Of a stretch of DNA of 64,000 nucleotides, positions 52,501 through 64,000 are shown one piece after another; position 1 is the stretch's first letter; each line of letters begins with the position of its first letter. The DNA lies in the NCBI RefSeq assembly GCF_006345805.1, contig NC_043013.1, forward strand, positions 25,048,001-25,112,000, in the 5' to 3' direction. A program made the translations under genes and the position numbers. This stretch comes from Octopus sinensis (Eukaryota). Below the pieces are notes generated by a model. It had not been told where the DNA came from. It made no database searches and saw only the letters and a list, made by a program, of their open reading frames with translations.

Positions 52501-52595
52501 TTGGAAGGTCAATACTAACCAATCTGAGGCAAGATTGAAAACAGCTAATTTGATTAAAGAAGGAAGAAGGAAAGAAATGTTTCTTTCAATTGGTT

Positions 52596-52864
52596 TCAAA
52601 CACTTTCAATTTGGACTTTATCATCGACTGAAGGAATGGGTAATAACATATGAGAGCTGCACTGACTACCAATACTAGAATCCTCGGTGCTGCTAGCTGG
52701 TGTTCCAGGCATTGAAATACATTCCTCATTGCCCATGTTCAGCAAAGGATAACCCAAGTGTTCTATATCTGAATGGTCGGTTAATGTGTTATGGTATAAG
52801 ATTTTCTTATTGTATTCTTCTTCATCCTCATCATCTTCTAAAGTTATCGATTTGAAATCAACAT
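52596..52864 (-). CDS. Probable terminal coding exon of an unidentified convergent gene (xVDFKSITLEDDEDEEEY...GTPASSTEDSSIGSQCSS...VQIESV*)
   Basis: Strong minus-strand acceptor (TTTTCTTTTTAATTTCATCTTTCCAG), then 88 open codons in phase 1 to a stop. Protein-like acidic/Ser-rich composition, followed by more than 1 kb of non-repetitive AT-rich UTR-like DNA. Confidence 0.65.
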
Positions 52865-53870
52865 CTGGAAAGATGAAATTAAAAAGAAAATTATTCAGAA
52901 CCAAAGCAAATGAATTTAAACTGTCTATAGACATCTATAATAAATGTTCATTGCTATACAAATTTCTGTATGAAATGGGACATACTAACTGAATAAGATA
53001 CAAGATAACTGAACAATTAACACTTGATATTTTGTGTTTGCAATTAATATAACAAAGCAATTAGTAGTTGGTATTGATGGGAACATCTGATAATGAGAAA
53101 GAAGGAGATTATGATGATAGGGATTCATTGAAAATCAAACTTCAAATAGAGCAAAAACAAGAAAAATAACTTTTTTTTAATCTCAAATGATTTAAGTTTA
53201 AATATGAAAATTTTAAATTAGCCTTGTGCAATTATTGAAAGTATCAATAATGTCCCATCCATCCCCACGCCACTCCAGCAATTTAAGAACAATTTACATG
53301 TATTATTTTCTTTTGCACCTGTCTGGCTATGGGGAAATATTACATTAACATGAAACAGGTAAGGGTTGGAGAAAGGAAAGATATCCAGCCATATGAAATC
53401 TGCTTTAAGAAACTCTAAGCCATGCAAGCATGGAAAAGTTGACGTAAAAGCAATGATGATGGTGGCCATCCTTTTTTTTTTCTCTGCAGTGGTTGCTCTG
53501 AACATAGATGGTCAGAGTAGCCGCTAATTGGAGATGGTCAGAACATTGGCAAATAGTAGTCACTGAACAACCAACAATGAAAATATGGCTTGAAAAGTCC
53601 ATTTCAGTTAATGCAGTTAGACAATTCTCAATCATATCTCTGGTGATAAGTTATTTAACAATCAAAACAGATCTTAAGATATAATGAAATAGTTATTTAT
53701 GGTTTGTCTTACATGGAAGATTATACCAAATATTATACTGGAAATACAGTCTAAAATGTTCTTAGATTATGTGATGATCATTTTCGTCAATAATTGCATT
53801 ATGCTAATTAAAATGTTTATGCTTAAACTTGTAGCATTTAAAAGAGTAAAAAAAAATTCTCTAGCTATAC

Positions 53871-54085
53871 AGCTATCTATGTTACATACTTAATGTATAT
53901 ACATTGCTGATAGGCTAGTTACTGCAGTATTTGTCCTGATTTAACATTTCTTATGGATTTGCTGTGTTAAAGGGAATGAAATATCATCCCAGCAGTGACC
54001 ATAAAAGATGTTATCTCAGGACAACTACTGCAGTAACTAGCCAATTAGCAGTGTGTATACATTAAGTATGATACACAGGTAGCTA
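53871..54085. mobile_element. Fold-back MITE with inverted arms of about 85 bp
   Basis: CATACTTAATGTATATACATTGCTG...CAGTGTGTATACATTAAGTATG. One arm is also present at about 14250-14350. Confidence 0.7.
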
Positions 54086-55689
54086 TTTTAAGCAAATACT
54101 ACCTCAAATGCATATACTGGGTTCTCTATTTATATTTAGCTTGAATCATATGTAATTAAATAAACATGCATAATTGACATTTAATCACTGATATACTCTT
54201 GTTTCTAAATTAAACGATGCCACTGAAGATAGTTGAAATTGACTGGGTCATTCTGGGTGTTGTCTTACAGATAAAAGAATATCTTGTTTATATCTTGATA
54301 CTGCAGCACTGTGTCGATGGCCTACATATCTAAATTTCATATAAAATCAGTCAAGCAACAGTAAAATGCTACTAATGTAGATAAGATACAATAACAAAGG
54401 ACACAACTATATTGGGATAAGAAAATGTTAAATGAGTTTGTGAAATTCACTTATTTCTTTACTATCTGGTTGTAAAGGGTGGCAAGTTGATGGAATTAGT
54501 AGAGTATTGAAGAAAATTCCTTGCAGTAGATGTTCTGGCTCTTTACAGAATTGAAATCTGACTGAAGTACATTTTTGCCTTTTAACCTTTTGATGTTGAT
54601 TTTGCACCAGTCAAGTATTGGAACTGATGGTGTTGACATATCCCCCCCACACACACACACTTCTCAAAATTGCTGGCCCTATGCCTAAATTCATCATCAT
54701 CGTCATTTAACGTCTGCTTTCCATGCTGGCATGGGTTGGACAGTTTGACTGAGGGCTGGCAAGCTAGAAGGCTGCACCAGGCTCCAGTCTGATCTGGCAG
54801 AGTTTCTACAGCTGGATGTCCTTCCTAACACCAATCACTCTGAGTGTAGTGGGCGCTTTTTACATGCTACTGGCCTAATCAGGTGGTACTGGCTTCAACC
54901 ATGCTTGAATGGTGCTTTTTACGTGCCACCAACACAGCAGCCAGTGAAGCAACAGTATTATAATTAGTGGCAGAAGGACGACAGCATTGGTGGTGCCATG
55001 TAAAAAGCACCCAGTACACTCTGTAAAGTGGTTGGTGTTAGGAAAGACATCCAACTGAAGAAACCTTGCCAAAGCAGACAACTGGAGTCTGATGCAGCCC
55101 TGTCAAACTGTCCAACCCATGCCAGCACAGAAAACAGACATATGAGGATGACGACGACAATGATAATTAGAATGCCAATTAATATAACTCACTGATTGAG
55201 CAGTGAGAACAGTAATGCCAAGTAGCAGATTCTAATTAGTCACAATTGGTACTTGTTTTGTCAGCTGTTTATATATTCTATTACTTTACAATTAGTATTT
55301 GTTGATATGTTCCATTAGTTTACCCTCCACTTGTTTTTATTTAATATCTACAAACAGAAGTAAACATGCTTTCCCTTATATTTGATGAAAGAAAAAAGGT
55401 TATTTTTCTTTTTTTTTTTGTTTTTCTCTCAAATGCTATTGGCTGGTACTGAATTAATGCTAATTGTCATCATCATCATCGTTTAACATCCACTTTCCAT
55501 GCTAGCATGGGTTGGACGATTTGACTGCGGTCTGGCAAACCAGATGGCTGCACCAAACTCCAATCTGATCTGGAAGATCAGAGTGTAGTGGGTGCTTTTA
55601 CGTGCCACCGGCACAAGTGCCAGTCAGTGGTACTGGCAATGGCCATACTCAAATAGTGCTTTTTATGTGCCACCTGCACATTTATATTT

Positions 55690-56500
55690 AAACCAAAATC
55701 CTTAACTCTTCATGTCAAACTCCTTTTTAAATCAGTCCATTGACATTGCTAAGTCATCATCTCTTTACAATTTGGTGCCGTCAGAGGAATAAAGAATCCC
55801 ATAAAAATCAACCATTTCCACTCCATCATCACTCTCCACAGAAACATCAAACAGTTTGATCCAGTTAGCATTGTCACGTTATAACACTGACTTCTGATCT
55901 TTCATTACTATGTTACTGTTTCAATCACTAATTGTAGTGAATTCTCTTCCAAAGAACATGACTTTCAGGAAGTGGAGTTTAGATATAGTTGGATAAAAGT
56001 TCACTATGTCAAACTGGGTCAATATGCAGGCAGTTTCATTTTTCAGTGCCATAAAAACACTAAGTGATGGTGGCACAACAGTTCTATTGTTCTAGCTTTG
56101 TGGTGCTCCTACTTTTGAAGTTGACAGCCTCAACAATGCACATATTAACTACTCCCAATTTGATTTTAGAAGGGTTAACCTACATTTAGGCTTAAAGAAG
56201 AAATTAGCATTGTGGTCCTTAATAGTAATGTAAGGAGTGTGTATGCTGAGGTGATGCTCATGGTCTTCTAGTTCTAGTTAAGAAACTAGTTCCTTTATTC
56301 GTGCTTGTAGTTTTGTAAGAAGTTAACCTGCTTTCTGTGTTTTAATAATGTTGATTATTAGGAGTTTAGCACATGTGATGATGTTTAGTTCATATATATT
56401 TTTTGATTCGTTTGTGAGTGCGTAAGCAGTGGGAAATTGATTGATGGGTTGCATGCAATTACTCAAAGCTGTTTTGGAATGAAGTCTTTCATCAAAATCA
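55690..56500 (-). mobile_element. Degenerate Penelope-like RT
   Basis: Minus strand reads ITIKDHNANF..KPKCRL, QFDIVNFYPTIS, LFDVSVESDDGVEMVD and RDDDLA, matching PLE-type motifs ITLKDHK, FDIxxFYPSI, FDVTMGSYDGAE and YRDDGL. Confidence 0.75.
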
Positions 56501-56983
56501 GGATTTATTTACTGGTAAAATCCTAGTTAAGAAAGCAGCTAGTCATGTAACTAGAGGTCAATAGTTTTATTCAGTTCTCGGTGGAAGAGGTTTCTTCTGG
56601 ATAGCTTCCAGATATCTAGCATTTGTGAGACCACTGGGGCCCAGTATCTCCTTTGGTTGGGTCCACAGTAGCAGTTAAACACAGAACTTGTCAAATTTAC
56701 ACTACTGTAATATATTATGTATTATACAACACATGAACTTACACATTAATTTTGCTATGAGAAATTTTAATATCAATAGTTTTAATTGTATTTTATATAT
56801 ATATTAATTCAAATATCCTATTTATATATTAGGAAAAAAGAAACAAGAAATTTATAAAAAAGAAACCTTACATTTCTAATCCTTAGCTATTGGGAAACTA
56901 AATTTGGCCTGTATTGTTATAGATTTAGAAAATATGTTTACCTATAAGTGAAGAAACATTTATCATTAATATGATCCAATACA

Positions 56984-57030
<47 letters not shown>

Positions 57031-59385
57031 ACAATGTATTTAAGTCAAGTTATATCAATATTCTTAAACATCTTACAACATAATGGCAACACATGAAGAA
57101 TGCATTAAAGATTTTTTTATTATCATTATTATTAATGTAATTATTCTTTGTAATAGTCAACAGAAACATTTTTTATAAATTTATTCTTTAAAATAGTCAA
57201 CAAAAACCTAGATTAGAAATTATATTTTTTTTAAAAAGCTTGCAAAACATTTAGTTCTTGAAATATTAATTAGGAAAATTTTAGCGCCTTTTGACAGCAG
57301 AAAAGATAGAAAAATCAGATTAAGCAAGATAAATAAATAAATAAATAAAAAGTCCCAAAGTTTAAATTTTACTTATAACATGTGATTTGTGTGTGTGAAG
57401 GTGTAACAGAGTTAGAGATAAACTTTTAAAAAGAAGAATGTTTTCATTTTATCACTGAAACAACACTATACTATCTCTATGAACAAAGCAATTCTTAATA
57501 ATTTTATCCATCTAGCAATCACACAAACAGGTATCCTCTGTTAATATAACTCACTGATTGAGCAGTGAGAACAGTAACTTCTCCAATGATGATGGCCAAA
57601 GATATATTGGATCCTACTAGTCATATATGTCAAACATAATAGCACTTATGCTCTCTAAAAACATAAGGGGACAATAATAGTTTTAAAATCTGTAAAAATT
57701 GAAGTTTTTACACCAAAACAAATTTGATTTTGAAATTCTCAGAGTATTTTGTTGCCATTTTCGTTATTCCTTCCTTCAGTTTTCATAATTTTGTTAAGAC
57801 TGGTGAGCAGGGTTCTATTTCAGTAAACACCTGATAATTTGTTATCATTTTCTATTAAAAATGTAATTATATAATGCAAAACCAACTTTAGGGTTGAAGA
57901 CTCCCATGAAACAAGGTAAACTTTTGATATATTTTAAGACTAGATTCTTCAACTTCAGTCAGAGAATCATCACTTCAAGATAGTCAAATGGAAAGAAATT
58001 GAAAGAAAGAAAATCATTCTTCATTAAGCTTCATGCACCAAAATTTATGAAGACCAATGACTCAGCCAACAAAAACTGTGAGTTAACCCTTTAGTATTCA
58101 GTTAATTCTGTCAAATGTAATGCTTATTTATTCAATTGAATTTATCGAATTTGCCATGCATTATCTCACAGCTTTCAAATTTTGATGATGATTGTTTCTT
58201 TTTAGAATGACATTGTTGGATGGCTGCAAAAATCCTGATCGGGCTAGATTGAACATAAAATATGTAGAATATTTGGGTTGGATATGGCTGGTTTAAATGT
58301 GAAAGGGTTAAAGGGTGAGCATATATACTATCACAGGACCAGAACAGATCTCTTGTAAATTATACCCAACAACCTTAAAGAAAAGAAAGATACATTAAAC
58401 CATGTAGTCCATGAGATGTGTGCTCATGGCTAGTACAATTTTAATTATGAGTCTGCTAAATCAAGGCAGACCTGAGGCTAAACAACTACAGTGTTTAGCT
58501 GAAAAAATGCTCAATCAAGTGAAAAGAGATAGGTCATTAAACTAGGCCCTCATGACAGGAAATAGACTATTATTTCTAGCTTTAAAAATTTGCTGCAAAT
58601 ACCAAGAAAAAAACAACCAGATACACTAAAAGATTCCTAAAAACCGGTAGGTGTACATGAGAGTACCAGTTACCAAAAATTAAATTATTGTAGATTTTTA
58701 GACTGTACCAATAAACGGATCTCAATAATTTCTTCCGCACTGTTATCTTAGGTAACCAAGATATTTCCCTTTTTTGCTTCTGTTACAATGACCAGATATG
58801 TAAGAAGGCTATACAAAATATTCAAAGATGATTGTATACAACTACCAAGAAGAAGTACATTAAATAACATGCGGAGATGATGTAGCAGTTAAGGAATAAA
58901 GCCACTCTTCAATGAAAGCACATCACTATGATATAGCAAGGAAAAAATTTAACACAAGTAGTTCTTTACTCTAATAAAACAGTATGATGAACAAAAAATG
59001 GCAATACGCTGTCAGGATATTACCCCAAAACCAAGACCTTGCTTAGGTTGGAACTGTCTCCAAATCTGAGAGCTACAAAACTTTGAGGCTAACTGTGATG
59101 CTAAAAGTAGCAAAACTAGATTCAAGAAGTTTTAGAAGTGTGGAATCTATTTATGAGAGTTTAAGAACTGATTATAAATTAGCAGCTAAATTATGAAATG
59201 GTTTAATAGCAGTATGATTAAAAGGATAACAAAAAGCTATAAGATAATCATTTGAGAAGCTTTGATGATTAAATTTTGATTAGGATTAACATAGAATTTA
59301 TTGATATTTCAAACCTGAATGTAGTAACTTTATTTCGGTAAAAGCTAATAACTTTTAAAATCCAGAATAGATGTTCAATATTTTA

Positions 59386-59468
<83 letters not shown>

Positions 59469-59926
59469 TATTATTATTATTATTATGAATAATAAATACA
59501 TTTAATATTTGTTGCCAGTAGTCTAGATCTGTTACTAGCAGTTCATTGAATCAGACTTTCCAGTGTGAGAAAACTGGACACTCATTAGACTGGTTTGGGC
59601 TTTTGGACCTTATGTTTTTTTTTAAATACTAACTATTACATCCAGATGTTATCTAAAATTCTTTCATGAACTGGGCATAGATACAGGCAGAAAATTTAAG
59701 AGTTCATAAAATTATGATACACATTAAGAGGACAGCACACTGTTTGTGATGGTGGTAGTGGTATTGACCGTTTTGGCTTTTCTTAAAATGTATATATGCA
59801 CTTACTCTCGCTCCCTCACTAGCTCATTCTTACAACATAAATACATACATACATATTATATATTTCAGTGTGAATGTTTTTTTTATTATGGTGCTGTGAT
59901 TTGCAATCCTGTAAATTATTACAATA

Positions 59927-60345
59927 GTATTTTTATATAAGCTTAAAGCTTATGGCGATCACTGTGCAATGACTAAGGAAAATAGTCTAATAAAGGGGCA
60001 TATAAACCCTCGACAGAAAAAAGAAGGCTTTCCTATTCACATGGGAATCGAACCCACATCCCTTTGTTAATGCGACCAAGTGTGTTTGAAAGCATATAGA
60101 AAGTTTGTCTATATAAAAACAAATATGAACTAAGAGTTCTTAAATTTGACAGAAAGATGGAGGTCGATTCACTGGTGTAAAGGTAACATACTTGGTTACG
60201 TTAACAAAGGGATGTGGGTTTGACTCCCACACAGATAGAAAAGCCTTCTTTTTTTCTGTCAAGGGCTTATATGCCCCTTAATTAGACTATTTTCCTTAGT
60301 CATTGCATGGTGATCACCATAAGCTTTAAGCTTATATAAAAATAC
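59927..60345. repeat. Fold-back (arms about 160 bp) with tRNA-like A/B boxes
   Basis: 59927-60085 mirrors 60186-60345. B-box GGTTCGATTCC (-) / GGTTTGACTCC (+), followed by a T-run. Confidence 0.8.
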
Positions 60346-60449
60346 CATAATTATATATATATATATAAATACACACACACATGCATATACAGGGAAAATT
60401 AGAACAGTTTTGGAAAAAAGATACAGAGGCCAGGTTTTTAGCCTTATAG

Positions 60450-60830
60450 AGGAGATTGCCAATACTAAAGAATGAATTTTCTTTCAAGCATGCAGGGACA
60501 ACATTTTTTTGTCTTAGCAATGAGATACATTTCTGGTTTCCTGAACTTTCTCAGTATTATGCTCTTTTCCACAGTACAAAAGTTACCTCTTCTGGTAGCA
60601 TTTACGTGGGAGGCAGATCACTACACAATCTTCCAGCTGATGTTATATACTGGTCGATACTCTTGTAAATACTATACATAGTTTGCAAGTTTTTCATTCG
60701 TGATGTCTATGAAGATTGTGTTAAGTCCACATGAAGGATTGTACCACAAGCCTTACACGTTGTTTTATGCTGGTGTTGTGGTTAGTATCTGTCAATTTGA
60801 CCTCTGCCTCATAAATGAATACCTTAGTGT
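60450..60830 (-). mobile_element. Degenerate Penelope-like GIY-YIG C-terminal region
   Basis: Minus strand reads LANYV*YL...YNISWKIV...NATRRGNFCTVEKSII...KFIL, resembling the PLE C-terminal LxxYVWxL..YxIxWKI..CxLCxxEK pattern. Confidence 0.65.
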
Positions 60831-63681
60831 TGCCAGCTGCATTCAGTGGGTACACTGTGAGGTCCCATCACCACATATGTCGTCACTCTTTCTGTACTCC
60901 CCTCCACTCCTCAGTCCCTCACTCTTATCACTGATCCTTTTCTTCATTTACCATTGGCTACCTTCACCCTCTATTTACCTATGACCACTGCCATCTATCC
61001 ATCACTGTCTCCTCACAAATGTAGCAAACTTTATCCAACCCTCCAAATTCTTTTGCTACCACATAAGCGCAGGCATGGTTGTGCGGTAAGAAATTTACTT
61101 CCCAACCACAAGCTTCGAGGTTCAGTCCCAATGAGTGACACCTTGGGTAAGTACTTTCTACTATAGCCTTGGCCAACCAAAGCCTTGTAAGTAGATTTGG
61201 TAGTAGACAGAAATTGAAGGAAGCCCATTGTATACATATGTGTACATATTTAATATATACATGTGTGTATGTGTCTTTGTGACTATCTCCCACCACTGTT
61301 TGACAGCCTGTGTTGGTGTGTTTACATCCCATAACTTAGTGGCTTGGCAAAAAGAGACTGACAGAATAAGTACCAGGTTAAAAAAAAATAAGTATTAGGG
61401 TCGATTCATTCAACTTAAATTTTTCAAAGTGGTGCTCCAGCATGGCCACAGTCTAATGAAAGAATCAAGTAAAAGATGTACTTTTCTATTCACCATTTGG
61501 ACATGAAAACTTGTAAACACACTGGCTCCTCATCATGTTCTATATCTCTCTTTTTGGTAGCATTAAATCTAACCCCACCAAACCACAGAAAACAAAGGGT
61601 TTCCCTCATTCTCCTCTTACTCAATCCACCTCACTGTCCTGCTTATCACTCACTCATTCACAAAACACAGACCTTACACTTTACCTTTCTCTATTACTGC
61701 TCCCTTTTTTAAAACCGTTTCCATTTTTTTTCTCCACTGAGAACTCTCTGATAACAACAGACCTCATCCTTCTGTAATACTGCCAAAAAACTCCTCAACA
61801 CTTCAAAAGGACTGCCTGCCTGGCCCTCTCTCATAGGAACTCTTTATGCCTGAGAATTTCAGAGCCACCTTATGAGAGCTTTGGTGCCATAGAAAAGTAT
61901 TCAGTACCCTATGTAAAACGGTTGGTATCAAGAAGAGCATGCAGCTGTTGACATGAGATACTAGAAGAAAACACTGTTTGCTGATGTATTTTATTGAATT
62001 GAATTGTCCAAATTATGCTAGCATAGGAAGCAGGTATGTACGGCATGATAATGATGATGATGACGACGTGTGTGTCATGCATTTATATATGCACATAGGG
62101 AAATATGTAGTGCATATATGTATCGTGTGTATGTATATATGAATGCATGTGTGTGAGGCATGGATATATATATACACACAAACATATATGTACATATATG
62201 TATGTGTTTATAATTGTGTGTGTGCATGTATGTATGTGCATGTATGTGTGTGTGTGCATGTATGTGTGTGCATGTATGTGTGTGTGTGCATGTATGTGTG
62301 TGTGTGGTACTTGTATAAGAAATAGAAAGTCCTTGGTACAGTATTATATATTTGAAAAAATGAATAGAAGTGGCTTTTCTGATAATTTTTCCACTTTTGG
62401 AAAATATAGTGATATCTTGCAGTGCAAGTTTAATTTGTTCCATGACCAAGCTTGTCTTATGATTTACTTGTTTTACAAATCAATTTTTCTCACTGAAATT
62501 AACTAAAATATAATTAATCCATTGCAGCTCTCCAAAACCACTCAAAAATGATATTTTATGGGTTTTAAAACAGAAATAGTGTAGTTACAAGTAAAATGGC
62601 AATTATAAAATGCAAAATAAATATGTAAACTGGTTTTATTAACTGAATTACCTTAAAGATGGGATGATTTGTGTGCTTGTACTGTGGATTTCCACTTGTA
62701 CTTCGAGACAAAAATTTGCATAAGTCTCAGCTCATACAGCAAATTACTTATACAATGGGGTACTTGTACTACAAGGTTCTACTGTTTATATATATATATA
62801 TATACACACACATACAACTACACATGCAAATCTATACACATCATCATTTAATGTCTATATTCCATACTGGCATCAAGGACAGGATCCAACAAGTCTGAAA
62901 ACTTCATCATGCTTTTCCTCACTCCAACCAGTTTACACCATGTATTTCTAATGGCACCAGCACTAGTGAGCTCCCCCCGCTCTCCATACAACTTGCAAGA
63001 TTAAGATCTACTTCAACTGAGACAGGCTACAGTAGAAGGGGAAGCAGCTTTATGCAAGGAGCTGAAGGGGTTAAACTATGAAAGAAGCCAAAAGAGAACA
63101 GGTTCCTTACCGTAGACAAGGTACACTATCTTTGCTAAGTTTATTCTGAAGCATCTCAATTTTAGGTTTATCTTCCATCCCTAGAATTTCCTTTCTAATT
63201 CCCTTATGGATTAAGCATTAATAATTCCCATAGACTGCCAACTTTTATCTCTGTGATGGCCTGTAGGACTATGATCATTAGGAGAGGGCTGAACAATGGA
63301 GGACTTCTTCTTAACACCAAGAACACTTTACTTATGTATCTTAGTATTTAGCTTGTACAAACTTCACATGCCATTCATTTACACCTAATTTCCTCAATGA
63401 TCACCAAATTACTGAGCATGGTACCCTGTCAAATGCCTTCTCCAAAACAATGGGCTTCTTTCAGCTTCCATGTAACACATCCACTCACAAGGCTTTGATC
63501 AGATTGGGACTATAGCAGAAGATATTTGCCCAAGGTTCTACACAGTTGGACTGACCCCAAAACCATGTGTTTAGAAAGAAAACTTCTTAGCATCACAGCT
63601 ATGCTTGTGTGTGTGTGTATGTGTGTGTGTGTGCAACCCATGCTTGTGTATGCTAGTGCTTACGAGTTATATATATAAATG

Positions 63682-63712
<31 letters not shown>

Positions 63713-63891
63713 CATCATCATCATCGTTTAACGTCCGTTCTCCATGCTAGCATGGGTTGGACGGTTCGACCGGGGATCTGGGAAGCCAGAAGGCTGCACC
63801 AGGCTCCGGTCTTATCTGGCAATGTTTCTACAGCTGGATGCCCTTCCTAACGCCAACCACTCCGTGAGTGTAGTGGGTGCTTTTTATGTGC

Positions 63892-63968
<77 letters not shown>

Positions 63969-64000
63969 ATACATACACACACAAACACACACATAAGCAA

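Noticed and set aside
54269-54329. Possible minus-strand exon YVGHRHSAAVSRYKQDILLS upstream of the 52864 exon
   Set aside because: Weak acceptor, and it ends in phase 0, incompatible with the phase-1 terminal exon.
60168-60235. Functional tRNA gene (and other tRNA-like SINE heads)
   Set aside because: A and B boxes are present, but no complete cloverleaf or acceptor stem could be built.

Overview
This is AT-rich, repeat-dense eukaryotic genomic DNA. Its SINE, MITE and LINE repertoire suggests an octopus or other coleoid cephalopod (inference). One complete protein-coding gene is recoverable by hand splicing: LAMTOR2 (Ragulator p14), + strand, 4 coding exons (29115-29182, 34801-34963, 38139-38228, 42510-42566; 125 aa). 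There is also a probable terminal coding exon of an unidentified convergent gene (- strand, 52864-52596) and a candidate first coding exon of a divergent gene (- strand, 10503-10428; M1-aminopeptidase-like motif). Almost everything else is mobile DNA: Tx1-clade, R4/Dong, CR1-like and RTE LINE pieces, Penelope-like remnants, a deleted Helitron, mariner/hAT/piggyBac MITEs, putative solo LTRs, several tRNA-derived SINE families, microsatellites and a 28S rRNA fragment fused to a mariner. The most interesting signal is a SINE family whose 3' tail matches the 3' end of the Tx1-type LINE in this window and which repeatedly inserts at the same nucleotide inside its own family, building tandem arrays. 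A second is a cluster of long fold-backs carrying decayed Penelope-type hammerhead ribozyme motifs in LAMTOR2 introns. A third is a CpG-retention domain (about 9-31 kb) bracketed by CpG-depleted gene bodies. All calls were made by eye with no database searches, and repeat boundaries are approximate.
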